Of a stretch of DNA of 64,000 nt, positions 40,678 through 54,411 are shown piece after piece. Each line of letters begins with the position of its first letter. Positions within the stretch are counted from its first letter, which is position 1. The notes under the pieces were generated by a model that was not told where the DNA came from, did no database searches, and saw nothing but the letters and a program-made list of their open reading frames with translations. A program made the position numbers and the translations under genes. This DNA is from Octopus vulgaris (Eukaryota), in contig OX597814.1 of the NCBI GenBank assembly GCA_951406725.2, positions 36,146,001-36,210,000 on the forward strand, in the 5' to 3' direction.

Positions 40678-40809
40678 CAGGGTGTCTCAAAAAACTGTAT
40701 ACACACCTTAAATAATTGTAAATTTGTTATTCTTTGTAAGCCTAGTACTTATTCTATCATTCTCTTTTGCCGAACCACTATGTGTATACATTTTTTTGGG
40801 GACACCCTG
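40678..40809. mobile_element. Tc1/mariner-like MITE containing a SINE A fragment
   Basis: TA-CAGGGTGTCTCAAAAAACTGTATACAC..GTGTATACATTTTTTTGGGGACACCCTG-TA. 40728-40780 matches SINE A. Confidence 0.75.
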
Positions 40810-40827
40810 TATATATATATATATATA

Positions 40828-41157
40828 TAATAATAAATATTAGGGAATAAATCCAAATTTACAGGGAAAATCAGATTTAGGATTGAATCCAATTTTATAG
40901 TAAAATATTAGTTTTAGTCATTTTAAATTTATATCTTAAAAATATTGATTATTTTTAGATCTGAAATCCACCTGATGAATGTCCTGAGAAGAGACATGAA
41001 ACAATTGTAGTGGCAAATATAATTTTATTTAATTTATATTAAAATTTTTTTATGTATTGGATTAAGTCTTTCTTTGTTTGATTTGCAAAATAGTGGTTTT
41101 GTCTCTAATTAATATTATATTTTCCCTGTAAATTTGGATTTATTCCCTAATATTTAT

Positions 41158-41162
<5 letters not shown>
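40828..41162 (+). mobile_element. 335-bp HHR-containing mini-element with 44-bp perfect terminal inverted repeats, in (TA)n
   Basis: 40828-40871 is the exact reverse complement of 41119-41162. Central HHR; (TA)n on both sides. Confidence 0.8.
40968..41013 (+). ncRNA. Minimal type I hammerhead ribozyme, intact consensus
   Basis: CCAC-CTGATGA-ATGTC(loop)GACAT-GAAAC-AATT-GTA-GTGG. All core nucleotides and stems are present, with a GUA cleavage site. Confidence 0.88.
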
Positions 41163-41214
<52 letters not shown>

Positions 41215-41264
41215 AGATAGATAGATAGATAGATACATACATACATACACACACACACATATTT

Positions 41265-41846
41265 ACTAGCTGGATAGCCTGTCATTGATAGCCTGTCATG
41301 GGTAGTTTTTACAATAGATCGTCTTATATAAACTTTTGTTTATTCTATGTCAGACCATGCCTTCCCTGACAGATAAGCCTCTTGATCAGGACAGATTTAT
41401 ACAATTTTTTGCAAAAACTTTGTTGGGGATTTTTTTCCCTTTTTAAATTACTTATATGTCTGTTTGACTATTTCACATGACTTTATTCATTAAAACTTAT
41501 TAAAACTTCAGAAGTTTTTACAACTTCGGTTGTCATAATGCTTTGCTTTCGTTTGTTTAATAAAATTCCCACCTCATAATGATTTTGCCTTCATTTTGTG
41601 ATTGACAGCTATCAATGCCAGCTTTCAAATCCTGTTTTCTGATTAGGTAAAATTGATTAAACCTTAAATCTCAGTAAACATTTTTCTGCAATTTTTCTGG
41701 AACAAATAGATAATAAAATAGGATTTAATTTGAAAAATTAGTTCAATTTACCAAATTTGAAAATTTTTTTACGTAATTTAAAAATTTCACAATGTGACAG
41801 CAACAGGGAAGACCCTACAAAAGTAGACACAGGCAGTTATAGGATG

Positions 41847-41900
<54 letters not shown>

Positions 41901-41990
41901 AATCACACACGCACACACACACACACTGAAGCACACACATACAACTGAAGCACACACTGAAACACACACACACTTTTACATACGTATACA
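41265..41990 (-). mobile_element. Possible decayed Helitron-like element
   Basis: ACTAG at the left end and a CA microsatellite plus CTTTTACATACGTATACAT at the right end, a layout like 27917-28305. Confidence 0.3.
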
Positions 41991-42637
41991 TAGGTAATCA
42001 TGAGTTTAAAATGATGTATAGTAGACATATGTATGTATGTGCATATATATGTATGTGAATATGTATATATCTATATATATGTGTGTGTATGCATGTGTCT
42101 GTGTGTGTCTGTGTGTGTTTCTTTGCAATGGGCAGCAGAAAAGCCACCTACCCCTCTCTACTTAAAGCTATGTATTCCTCACACCCATGTTTCTTTCCCT
42201 TCCTTTGCATTTTCAAAGTTAGTTATATGTGTGTGTATGTAGTGTGTGTGTGTATCTATGTATTTATAAAAGTATGTATGCAGTGTCACATGTATACCTG
42301 TGAATGACAGTTGTATTAATGTTACGATCCCACTGCCACTCCATATTTGTTGCTTACAAATGCTGTTCTCCCTTTCCCTGATATTGGCCACACTCACTAT
42401 GCCATCACATTTCCCTCACACTAACACTCTGCACACTTTTCATTGTATCAAATAATACCCCAATCCCACTTGGAGGCCCATTATAGAATTTCATTGAAAT
42501 CCATTTAGTCTATAATTGAACTGGATGTTAGTTTAATATGTACGCAAAGTTTCATCAAGATTGGTTCACTGATGTAGGCAGCAAAATGGTAACAGGCAGA
42601 TCAACAGACAGACATTGTCATTTATGTTCAAGATATA

Positions 42638-43466
42638 CTGGGTGTGATTGGTATTGCCATTTTGTATTTTTAATTTCATGCATGCATATTGTTTGTCTTT
42701 GATTTTGTTGATTACAGAGTATAGTAGGGCCAGCTGGGCACCTTCTGTGAGGAAAACAGCACCATGATGCTATTCACTCTGCTGGAAATTTGGAAATGAT
42801 ATGCTGTACTGTTTGGCATTCATGCCAAAAGCTCCAATCTGAGGACATGTACCAGAGTGATAAGAATTAAACATCCAGTCAACATCATGGTGTTTGGAGT
42901 GATCACTCACAATGGCAAAGTTTTGCCTCCATTCATCTTCCCACATGATCTCAGACTCAACACAGAGGCCTACATGAAGTGTCTGAAGCAGGTAGTGCTG
43001 CCCTGGGTGAAGGGGGTGGCTGCTGGAAGACTCTATGTCTGGCAACTGGACAGTGCACCATGCCACACAAGCAGGAGAACCCAGTCATGGCTGTGAGACA
43101 ATTTCTGCGACCACATCACCTCTAGCATCTAGCCACCTGACTCCCCAGACTGCAACCCCCTTAATTATTATGTGTGGTGAGGGACCGACAAAACTCCTTG
43201 TAACACCAAAGATGAACTGAAGGCAAGGGTTGTGGCAGCATTCAGCAACTTTAATACAAAGGGACCGTCCAGAAGAGTTGCAGAAAATTCGAAAGTCGTC
43301 TGCAGGCTGTGGCTGAAGCCAATGGCAATTTTATTGAATAAATTTATTCTTTAGCATTACAAGATATTTTTATACAATTTTGGCAAATATACCTGTTAAA
43401 AAATGAGATGTTAGTGTTATTTTCATTTTTGCATAATTTAGATGACAATATATTCACCGCACCTCA
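42638..43466 (+). mobile_element. Internally deleted DD37D (maT-type) transposon
   Basis: KHPVNIMVFGVIT..WQLDSAPCH, 37 residues, then SPDCNPLNYY, with stops. Decayed TIRs with TA flanks. Confidence 0.8.
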
Positions 43467-44636
43467 TATGTATGTGTATATATACATACATTCATACATA
43501 CCATTTATTGATTTATATATATATATACATATATATATTTAACGGCAGTACATCAGCATGGTCGCAGCTCTGGGCTGAAACTAGGGAAAAAACACTATGT
43601 ATATATATATGTGTGTGTGTGTATAAACACACACACACACACATATGCATATTATTCACTGATGTATATTGAGAAAGGATGTAACCATCAGTAAAGAAAC
43701 TGATAAACCAGTGCCCTTTGACTGAGATCTCTCATGATATTTGTTCTACATTAAATAAGATACTCCCTTGTTACTCATGCCACTGGAAATTCGGAGAACC
43801 TGTGATCTATCTATTAGAAACTTATAACAAACAAGTCTTTTGTTTTCAAATTGCTATGGGAATTAAATAATCAACTACAGTAAATAATCAAGCTTGTTTT
43901 TCCAATCCCTGAATGAGGGGAGTGAACCCCAACTGTATTTGAACACAGAATAGAAAAGAACAGGATTAATTACTTCAAATCGCATCAGAACACTGTTCTA
44001 AAATTTCTACAGTTTTCCAATCTTCACTAATACTCCTACTACCACCACCACCACCACCACCACCAACACTCTCTTCTACCAACACCACTATTTTCTTTGT
44101 GAATGCAGATATGAAAGATAAATAAATAGAAAGCTATATCCCCTTCCCATCACCATCGCAGCCACCATCGCAACCATTACCATTACCAGCACCAGCATCA
44201 CAACCACAACCACTAAACCCATTGAAAAGAGAACAGAAATCATAACAATCCCGCACAAACAAAGCACAAACAAATTGTTAAAAAATACTCAGAGAACTTG
44301 GAGAGATTTTTTTTTACTCATCCCCATCTATATGCAGCAAAAAAAAAAAAAAAAGAAAGAAAAAAAAAGAAAAAAGTGGTAACGAAAATGAGTTTGATAT
44401 TAAGAAAAAAAGTCCGTGGCTTTTTCACTATCAAGCAAAATCATCTTTGAATTACTTAAGTTATCACAAATTGCACAACAAATATATTGGATCTTAACAA
44501 TTTTTCTTTTCCATTGTTGTGCTTTCTTCATAATTTTCCCATTAATTCTTTCTATTTATTACTTGATATAGTTTTTTTTTTATAGTTTTTTGTTCTTTTC
44601 ATCATATTCTTCCAGTTTTGATTTCCATTATTATTA

Positions 44637-44707
<71 letters not shown>

Positions 44708-44759
44708 GATTTGTTTTCACATCGCACTACTATATTATGTTTCAAACTATCTTTTTGCT

Positions 44760-44846
<87 letters not shown>

Positions 44847-45039
44847 GCATAATATCCATATCAATTTCTTTATCTGCTAAATGAATGATAAAGGGGATAT
44901 TTATAATATCATGAACAATCTGTGTGGATTTAATGTAATTTATTTCCCCCTACATTTCACATGAATAAACATTCACTTCCTCAACACAAATGCAACATAT
45001 ATAAATGTGTGTGTATGTATATGTATGTATGTGTGTGTA

Positions 45040-45070
<31 letters not shown>

Positions 45071-45166
45071 GCTTATATATGTGCATGTGTGTTTGTGTCT
45101 TTGAGTGTACATGTGTGTTTGTGTATCTATCTAGCTATCCATCTGTCTACCTACCTATCTATCTAC

Positions 45167-45289
<123 letters not shown>

Positions 45290-46019
45290 TAGATAAGAAA
45301 GTTGGTTTGTGAAAGCACGTGGTTGAATATACACACAGATACACATACACAAATATATGTACAAATACATACATATATGAGTGTATGTATTTGAATGTAT
45401 GTGTGCGTGTGTGCATGTGTGTTGGTATATTTCAGTGATATACATTGGCAAAGCATGAGAATATCTACAAAGAAAGTGAATAAACGGTGCTCCTTGAGTA
45501 AAGCCCTGTATGATATTTGTTTTACATTAAATGAAATTGATTGGCAGAACCATTAGATTGTCAGATACAATACTTTGTGGCTCCCTGATTTCAAATCCTG
45601 CCAAGATCAACTTTCCTTTTTATATTTTGAAGGTTGATAAATAAGGTATCAGTTAACTACAAGGGTATATTCTTCTTTTTCTTCTTCTTCTCCCCCGCCT
45701 CCACTTCCTCCTGCCCTTCCTTCTCCTCTTCCTTCTCCTCTTTCCCTCATCCTTTTCCTCCCCCTTTTCCTCTCCTGCCCTTCCCATCCTCATCCCCTTC
45801 CCCCACTTCCCCGCTTCCCCTTCCCCTTCCTCTTCTCCTCTATATACCAGTTAGGGGCCTCTTTTCTGGGTACAATTTAGGATACTGTGTGTACAGCCAG
45901 AATTTTCCATTGTGAGTGTCACCTGAGTTTTGTCGCATGTCAGTGGTTGTTGGACACTGAAGCATTTTCTGAGCTTTAAGTGAACTGCTAAGCATTGGGA
46001 TGCAATCCCAGCTATAATC

Positions 46020-46195
46020 AGAGATGTGTGACTTAGTAGTTAGGATGTTGGATTCATAATCATAAGATTGTGGTTTCGATTCTTGAACTAGATGATGTGT
46101 TGTGTTCTTGAGTAAAATACTTCCTTTCATATTGCTCCAGTCCACTCTGCTGAGTGATCCTGTGTCAGACCAGTATTCCATCCAAGTGGGGAATT
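46020..46195 (+). mobile_element. SINE family C, decayed
   Basis: ATCATAAGATTGTGGTTTCGATTC..GTGTTCTTGAG..TTGCTCCAGTCCACTC. Confidence 0.7.
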
Positions 46196-46348
46196 TATAT
46201 ATATATATATATATAATAATTATTTGAGGGAATACTATTCCTAACTTACAGGGAAAAATTCAATTTAGAAATACTAAATCAAATTTCACAAAATATATAT
46301 GTATAAAAATTAGAAAAAACACCTTTTATCAATTCAAAATGAACAATA

Positions 46349-46560
46349 GAGGCGCAATGGCCTAGTGGTTAGGGCAGCGGACTCGCGGTCGCAGGATCGC
46401 GGTTTCGATTCTCAGACCGGGCGTTGTGTGTGTTTATTGAGCGAAAACACCTAAAAGCTCTACGAGGCTCCGGCAGGGGGTGGTGATCCCTGCTGTACTC
46501 TTTCACCACAATGGCGGTGCCCCAGCATGGCCACAGCTCAAGAGCTGAAACTGGAAAAAC
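46349..46560 (+). mobile_element. SINE family B head with family-A-like tail
   Basis: Family B head and body to about 46511, then GGCGGTGCCCCAGCATGGCCACAGCTCAAGAGCTGAAAC and an A tail. Inserted into a 46215-46690 unit whose end resembles 40828-40871. Confidence 0.8.
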
Positions 46561-46686
46561 AAAAAAAACAAACAAAACAAAAAATTAAATTACACCATCT
46601 AGAAAATTACATATAATAGAAATATTAAAATTAGAATAATAATAATATACTGATGATTAAGTAAATTTCAAAATAATAATAAAAAC

Positions 46687-46724
<38 letters not shown>

Positions 46725-47094
46725 ATTGATTGATTCTAGTTTCAGCTCATGAGCTGTGGCCATGCTGGGGCACCAATGATACAATGATACTATATATTAT
46801 GGAAACTGGAAAACCAGCCCTTTTGAGTCACCATGACTTGAGAAGGTAAGGAAGATAATCTCAACTATGTAATCCATTTGGATTACTCTGTCAGATGTAA
46901 TACTTATTTATTCACATGATTTTTGAATTAATCCTGCATTAGCTTGTAGCCTTGAGATTTTGATGATGGTTACTTCTAGAATGATATTATAGGGTAGGTG
47001 TGTGAGGTTGGATGTGGACAGTTTAAAAATAAAACAGTGGAATATTTGGGCAGGATATTGCTCTTTAAAAGCTAAAAGGTCAAACATACATCTC

Positions 47095-47500
47095 CAGGAG
47101 TGGCTGTGTGGTAAGTAGCTTGCTAACCAACCACATGGTTCTGGGTTCAGTCCCACTGTGTGGCATCTTGGGCAAGTGTCTTCTGCTATAGCCCGGGCCG
47201 ACCAATGCCTTGTGAGTGGATTTGGTAGATGGAAACTGAAAGAATCCTGTCGTATATATATGTATATATATATGTATATATCTGTATGTGTGTGTGTTTG
47301 TGTGTGTGTGTTTGTCCCCCTAGCATTGCTTGACAACCAATGCTGGTATGTTTACGTCCCCGTTACTTAGCGGTTCGGCAAAAGAGAGACCAATAGAATA
47401 AGTACTGGGCTTACAAAGAATAAGTCCCGGGGTCGATTTGCTCGACTGAAGGCGGTGCTCCAGCATGGCCGCAGTCAAATGACTGAAACAAGTAAAAGAG
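47095..47500 (+). mobile_element. SINE family A (full length)
   Basis: Highly similar to 30991-31385. Confidence 0.9.
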
Positions 47501-47713
47501 AAAGAGAAAGAGATATATACGTTCAGAAGAGCATTAGAAGTCACATTCTTCTTGCCTGCTTCGATAGCAAACACCAACAAAATCTGCAAATGCACTGAAA
47601 CAGATTAAACATTGGAGAGTATAAAGCATGCCCAACCTGACACAATAAAATTTATTATTAAAATACAACTGCCTTTCAAATGGTCATTTGGTGTGTCTTA
47701 TCAAGAGTCATAC

Positions 47714-48090
47714 AGTGGCCCAGTGGTTAGGGCAGCGGACTCGCGGTCGTAGGATCATGGTTTCGATTCCCAGACCGGGCATTCTAAGTGTTTATTGAGC
47801 GAAAAACACCTAAAAGCTCCACGAGGCTCCGGCAGGGGATGGTGGTGATCCCTGCTGTACTCTTTCACCACAACTTTCTCTCACTCTTACTTCCTGTTTC
47901 TGTTGTACCTGTATTTCAAAGGGCCGGCCTTGTCACTCTCTGTGTCACGCTGAATATCCCCGAGAACTACATTAAGGGTACACGTGTCTGTGGAGTGCTC
48001 AGCCACTTACACGTTAATTTTACGAGCAGGCTGTTCCGTTGATTCGGATCAACCGGAACCCTCGTCGTCGTAACCGACAGTGTTCTTCCA
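47714..48090 (+). mobile_element. SINE family B head with a third tail type
   Basis: Family B body to about 47900, then a CpG-rich tail ending CCGGAACCCTCGTCGTCGTAACCGAC. Confidence 0.8.
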
Positions 48091-49424
48091 CATATCAAAA
48101 GTGTCAGACAGAATAGACCTGGTCTAACACAACCATTTGTAAATTACCAGTTAAATAATTTTTATTTTGGAATGTATTTCCATACATGTATACATATATC
48201 TAAGAATGTGTATATATATATTTGCATATAAGTGTGAATATATGTTTTCACACACACACATGCATCTAAATTTGTTGTTCCCTATATTTTCAGTTGATCA
48301 GTTGATTGATTGATAAAAATGAACCGTGAAAGCAACCTAAATACATATCTGAAACAGTTGTAAGCCTATAATTGATAATAAATGTATATAACCCATTATT
48401 TCTGTTTATATCACATATATGAAATGGACAGAAATATATGCCTCTTGTGCCCAACTTTTCTCTCAAGATGCTTACACTTTGTCGAATATGCACATTGACA
48501 CCGAACATTCAGCAAAGTGGTTGGCATTGCTATAATAAAATGTGCGCTAAAATTTAATCTTTTCTTTCTTTATCCCAAATTATATTATTTTTGAAATTTT
48601 GTAATGAGTCTTTTTCAGAGATTCTTGCTCGAATGGGTGTACATTAAATGGATCCCATCTCAATTTAAGTAGATTATAAAGATTATTTTCTATCTCACTT
48701 TCAGACACACACTCTCTCTCTCTTTTCTTAAGACTTGAGAAACAGATAGATTAAATAACATAGGTATTGGCCCACAGTCTAGAGAAACTGACTATAGTAA
48801 TTGTTAGCAGGAACAGCTTACATTGGAAGTCTGTCTATGGGTGGAATTTACCATGGTGGAATATTACCATGGTGGAATTTACCTTTGGTGAAATTTCTGT
48901 GGTGTAATTTACCTAGAACCTCATCGTCAGCCACTGTATACCTCTCCAATAATCCACAAACACACTGCTCTTCAGATGATTGTATAATATATGTTTTAGG
49001 TGACTATAACTTGATAGTATTATCTAACTGAATTTTACGTACAGCCATAAGTACTTGAGACATTTTAGCTTGGAAGGAGTTATGTTATTTGTAAATTTTT
49101 ATAGTTCTCTTGCTATGTTCTAGGAGGAATTCTTTAATGTATGGAAAATAATAGGTCCTTATTTGAGTGTTTATTTATATAAATTACTTAAAATTTTAAT
49201 GGTGTAATTACTTAAAATGTTAATGGGTTGTTAGTATCTTTCTGAATCCTTATCCATTTGTTTGGGTCAAACTATTCAGCTTTGCTATGTTTTCTCCTTT
49301 ATACCTCATTACAGATATACTACTTTTGTTATTTTTTACATATTTTGATGTTGGCATGATAGTTTTAATCATAGAAGATCTGGAATTAGTTCACAAGACA
49401 ATGTAAAAAGTAGATTCATAGGCG

Positions 49425-49525
49425 AAGCTATAGTAGAAGACACTTGCCCAAGGTGCCATGCATTGGGACTGAACCCAGGACCATGTGGTTGTAAGCAGGC
49501 TACTTACAACACAGCCACTCCTGCG
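49425..49525 (-). mobile_element. SINE family A head fragment
   Basis: CTATAGTAGAAGACACTTGCCCAAGG..CACAGCCACTCCTGCG. Confidence 0.8.
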
Positions 49526-49904
49526 TCTAGTAAACAAGTAAAAGAATAAAAGAATAAAAAAATATACGAAACATTTTAAAGTTTTCAGTTGAGTGGTTTG
49601 TTGTTGTGTGGGCAGCATCTGATTTGTTTGATTCATCTTGAAGTTTATCACTTACCTTTATAACTGTTGAGTTTTTCAACAACTTGATAGAGAAGTTTAA
49701 TTTCAAATTTTTTATTCATATTTTGGATTTAGAAGTTGGTATCAAGGTCAAGGAGTGTAATTTGGTCTGGGAAGAGTGTTGTGCAAGAATTTATGTCTTC
49801 GTGTCTAGTCAGAGTGATTCTTATTTTCTTTATAAAATTTACATAGTTTATAATGTTGCGTCTAATTTGCTGTGAAAGAAATGTCTGTAGACTATCAAGA
49901 ACTG

Positions 49905-49969
<65 letters not shown>

Positions 49970-52900
49970 ATATGTAGTTTGATAAATGTCTTACTGATTT
50001 ATCACTATTACTTTTGTCAGTCTTATGAATAATGTTGTTGGTGTTGTTGTTATTGTTTGTATGCCCTCTGCTGAGTGAAACAACTGTTATGCTGTCAATA
50101 AAAGGAAGCAAACTTGTCTTTACTGAATAGGCTGCCATGTTATGTTAGTCTTAATCACATAACCATTTTGGTAGATTGCATGACACTGTCATACAAAATC
50201 TGCGCAATACAATTGTTCCAAAATAATATTTCATCTTCCTGTTTTGTTTAAGTGGAACTTCTTTGCTCAAACTTTTGCTTTGTCCAACATCATTAAGAGC
50301 TGTGTTACTGGTATCAACATCAGTTTCATTTGATGATGAAATACTCTCAGTCAATGATTGTAGCACATCAACATTCTGATTAACTGGACTTGGTCTTTTT
50401 GTTCTTCTGGTTTTTTGTTAAGAATCCCATTTTATGATATTTTCATCATCACCAGAGCAATCTCCCTATTTAATCACTATTCACTAGAAATGCTCAGTAA
50501 TTTTTTCCTACTGCAAATCATGTGTTAGATGTTGACTTTTGTGGGTATTGCACTGAGGTTTTGAATGTACCATAGAGAAACATCAATATCACAAGACATT
50601 TTTAAAGCTGTTCTTCTCTGATATCCCATCTATGTCAAAGGTTTCAGCTTTTTTTCAGTATTAGGAATCAATTGATAACTGAGTTTAAATTTTGATAAAT
50701 AAGCATTAAAGGATTCAAATTTTTAGAATCTTTAATTCACATTTTCACAATTTGCCTCATTTTATCAACATGATTGTTAAATACTCGATGCTGTGGTGAC
50801 ATCTTAAAGGATTTGCAACTTATCTCAGTAAGAAACTTTAACAATGTTCTATGATGGAATTCTGCAGCACTACATAAAACCATTCTATGTGGAATCCTAT
50901 TCATAGCAAAAATAGTTCTTAAAACATTGATCACTGTTTTAGCAGACTGGCCATTAATTCTGATAACTTCTGGCCAAACAGGACATGTATCAACAAGTAT
51001 GAGTAATCAACTAATACTAGGAACATAACCAGGATTCATATGAACAAAGTAAACTTGGCTTGTCTTCAATTATACATGTATGCTGAATAACTTTTAGTAT
51101 GGGTTTAATCTGATGCCATTCAGGGAAATTTCAGACATAATATTTGATAACATTACAGTGTCTAGGTTACCATGATTTTAGTTACAGTCAATTTATTGTA
51201 GTTATTACACTATAATAGAGGTCATCACATAGTTTTTATGAAAATTTGTCACCACATTGTTGCAACAAGATTCACATGGCAAACAATCTCATTATCATCG
51301 GTGAGTTTATGTCAAATTGCTTTATAGGGTCTCTCACATACTGAGAAATTATTCCATCCGTTTTGATTTGGTTAAAAACCTTGGACAAAACAATGTCATT
51401 CTTAGTCTTATTGAGTAATTGTTTTACTTTGAATGCATCTATTTTTACCCACCATCTAACTTTCTTGGCTCATTGAATTTCATTCTAGAGAGTGGGGGAA
51501 TTCTTTTGTCTTTATATATTGTATTTCCCATTCAGAAGCAGCTGAATGGATTCTCGCCCACAATATTTTGCATATGTTATTTTTAGGTAATCTTCTTGTC
51601 AAACTGAATATGAAGTCTAAAGGTTTATGCTCAGTTATCAAGAAAAATGTTCACCCCAATAAAAAGTATTAAGTTCTTTTAGCTCACATCTGTAGTAACT
51701 ACAATGTTTTTTTTTGTCAAATCTCTAAAACATGTAGTGCAGTTAAATCTCTTTTATGTCTTTCATATTTCATAAAAAACATGGGACACTATTTTCATAA
51801 GCTTGAGGATCCATTGGCTTTTTCATTCTATGCTGGAATAAATCGACTATAAAATTAGTCATTCCCTAAAATAACTTCAGCCCTTTCCTGCTCCCTGGGA
51901 TATTTAGGGTCTGATATTTTCTTATTATTTGGTTGAATATCCTGTTTAGCTATCTTATAGTGAAGGAAGGTCAATTTCTCTGTGGAAAAGACATTTTTCG
52001 TTTTGTTCACAGCCACACCATCAAAGGTGAGTTTCATAAAAATAGCTTTTACTTTCTGCTCTAGGTCATCAGTAGTATGACCACCAGTGCAAATGTCATC
52101 AGATGAATTATTATACTTGTGAAATATCCTAATGCATTTTCCATGGAATGTTGAAATATAGTACTCATTGCTTTTATACTGTGTGGCTAATGTGTCTAAT
52201 GCAATAATCTAAGGGGAGTATTCAATGTTGTTATTTCCTGAGTTTCATCAGAAATTGGGATTTGATGGTAGGTTCCTATCAAATCAATCTCCACAAAATA
52301 TTTCATCAATGCTTCCTAGTGTAATATCATCTCAATATTTGGAGTAGAATAAAGTACAATATAGGCTTACTCTTATTTAGCAATCTGCACAAATTCTTAA
52401 ATCTCCATGAGGTTTGTACGTCACAACCAACAACAATGATTATCTACTTTTTCTGATTGAACACTTTAAAGCTATTGTTTATAATTTCATTTAATTTCAC
52501 TGCAAGTAAATAAATATGTAACAAACCCATTCCAATGAAGCCACAGTTTTTGTGACTTCCAGTGACATTTATGAAAATTATATTTTTCCTAGTTTCTATC
52601 ATCAACAAGACTTCAAACTTGCCCAACCGTTTGTAAACTTAACTATCATACTATTTGAAGCTGGCATTGCAAAATTTCAGATTGGGGGACCCTAGTTGCA
52701 TCTAGACATTCCTTGAACTAATAGTGGCATCACTGACATTTGCTTATGTTTTCTTAAGTCATCATTTAATTTAATGGAGGTTACTTCCCTCTGTACTGAA
52801 GACATTGTTCAATTCCTGGTCACTACTTGCATCAATATTAACTTTGTACACTTTTACAAATTCCTTCTTAGAAGACCAATACACAAACTGAAAATGGTCC

Positions 52901-53294
52901 TTCTTAACTATTTTACTACGGAAATCAGATATAGCCACTCAAAATTTCATTACCCTTAACTGTGAAAAGCAGTCTTATATACTAATCTATTTTTGTTCAG
53001 GAATGTCTAGCTTGGAACTATTTTTTGCTGAGACATGTAAAGTTTATTGAAGCAATGAGATTTGCAGAAAATACCACTTCTGTTTTTTGATGTACAGATA
53101 ACATTCTTATTAGAATAACATGAAATTTAACTTCATAGTTAAAGGGTTATCGGTATAGCATATCCTCCCAAGAATAGGACACTTTCCCATATCATGAGTA
53201 TAGATGTGAGGCTTACATATGAGCTTTTTCTGATGATTCTTATTGAAATGAGACACTGACAATTCTTTTAACGTACTGTTATATCATTATATAA

Positions 53295-53628
53295 CATGGC
53301 TCAGTGGTTAGAGCGTCGAGCTTACGATCGTGAGGTTGTGAGCTCGAATCCCGGACCGGGCTGGGTGTTGTGTTCTTGAGCAAAGCACTTTATTTCACGT
53401 TGCTCCAGTTCACTCAGCTGTAGAAATGAGTTGCGACGTCACTGGTGCCAAGCTGTATCGACCTTTGTCTTTTCCTTGGATAACACTGGTGGCGTGGAGA
53501 GGGGAGGCCGGTATGCATGGGCGACTGCTGGTCTTCCATAAACAACCTTGCCCGGACTTGTGTCTAGGAGGGTAACTTTCTAGGTGCAATCCCATGGTCA
53601 TTCATGACCGAAGGGGGTCTTTACCCTA
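53295..53628 (+). mobile_element. SINE with family-C-like head and a distinct tail, nested in the Gypsy remnant
   Basis: A box TGGCTCAGTGG, B-box-like AGCTCGAATCC and GTGTTCTTGAGCAAAGCACTT. Part of the body resembles 15540-15640 in reverse. Confidence 0.8.
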
Positions 53629-53727
53629 TATCATTACTAGGAGCCAAAGTAAAATCATTAATCATTTCAAATTGCTGAATATGGTTGATACAACTTGGCG
53701 GCAGTATTTCCTGACACTGTATGTGTT

Positions 53728-54411
53728 CTAATATTTTAGAGTAATGTGCAGAATGATTAGTGACTTTTGAATAAGGTCACCATAAGCAGATTGTCCTTCA
53801 GTCCCCAAAGTATCAAATTTACAAAAATGTTAGGCTTCTTCGAATCTTTCCTAATACTGACATATTGGTTAAAATGGCATCTGCTTCAGAGCCAGAAGGC
53901 CTGTCCTTTCAGTTCAGCAATAATCAGCTTTCCTTTGATCTCACTGAATAAATTTTTCATGCCTGTGAAATTCATCTCCCCCAGCACAAAAAACTCTTAA
54001 TGTTCTCAATCCATGATGAATTGATCTGTTATTTATCTACTATCAGCAAATTTCTTAAGTTTCTTTGTCCTAATATTTTAGAGTAATGTGCAGAATGATT
54101 AGTTACTTTTGAATAAAAGGTCACCGTAAGCAGATTGTCCTTCAGTCCCCAAAGTATCAAATTCACAAAAATGTTAGGCTTCTTTGAATCTTTCCTAATA
54201 CTGACATATTGGTTAAAATGGCATCTGCTTCAGAGCCAGAAGGCCTGTCCTTTCAGCAATAATCAGCTTTCCTTTGATCTCACCAAATAAATTTTTCATG
54301 CCTGTGAAATTCATCTCCCCCAGCACAAAAACTCTTAATGTTCTCAATCCCTGATGAATTGATCTGTTATTTATCTACTATCAGCAAATTTCTTAAGTTT
54401 CTTTGTCCTAA
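53728..54411. repeat. 342-bp tandem duplication
   Basis: 53728-54069 and 54070-54411 are highly similar, with CTAA at all three junction points. Confidence 0.9.

Noticed and set aside
47460-47495. SINE A tail CAGTC-AAAT-GACTG-AAAC-AA-GTA looks like the 3' half of a hammerhead
   Set aside because: No upstream CUGAnGA or stem I in any copy. It is better explained as a LINE-type 3' stem-loop.
48320-48370. GAAACAGTTGTAAG as a further hammerhead
   Set aside because: Only the 3' half is present, with no CUGAnGA or stem II. At most a relic.
48837-48913. Five roughly 15-bp repeats (TGGTGGAATTTACC) resembling a CRISPR array
   Set aside because: No spacers, degenerate head-to-tail units, eukaryotic context and no cas genes.
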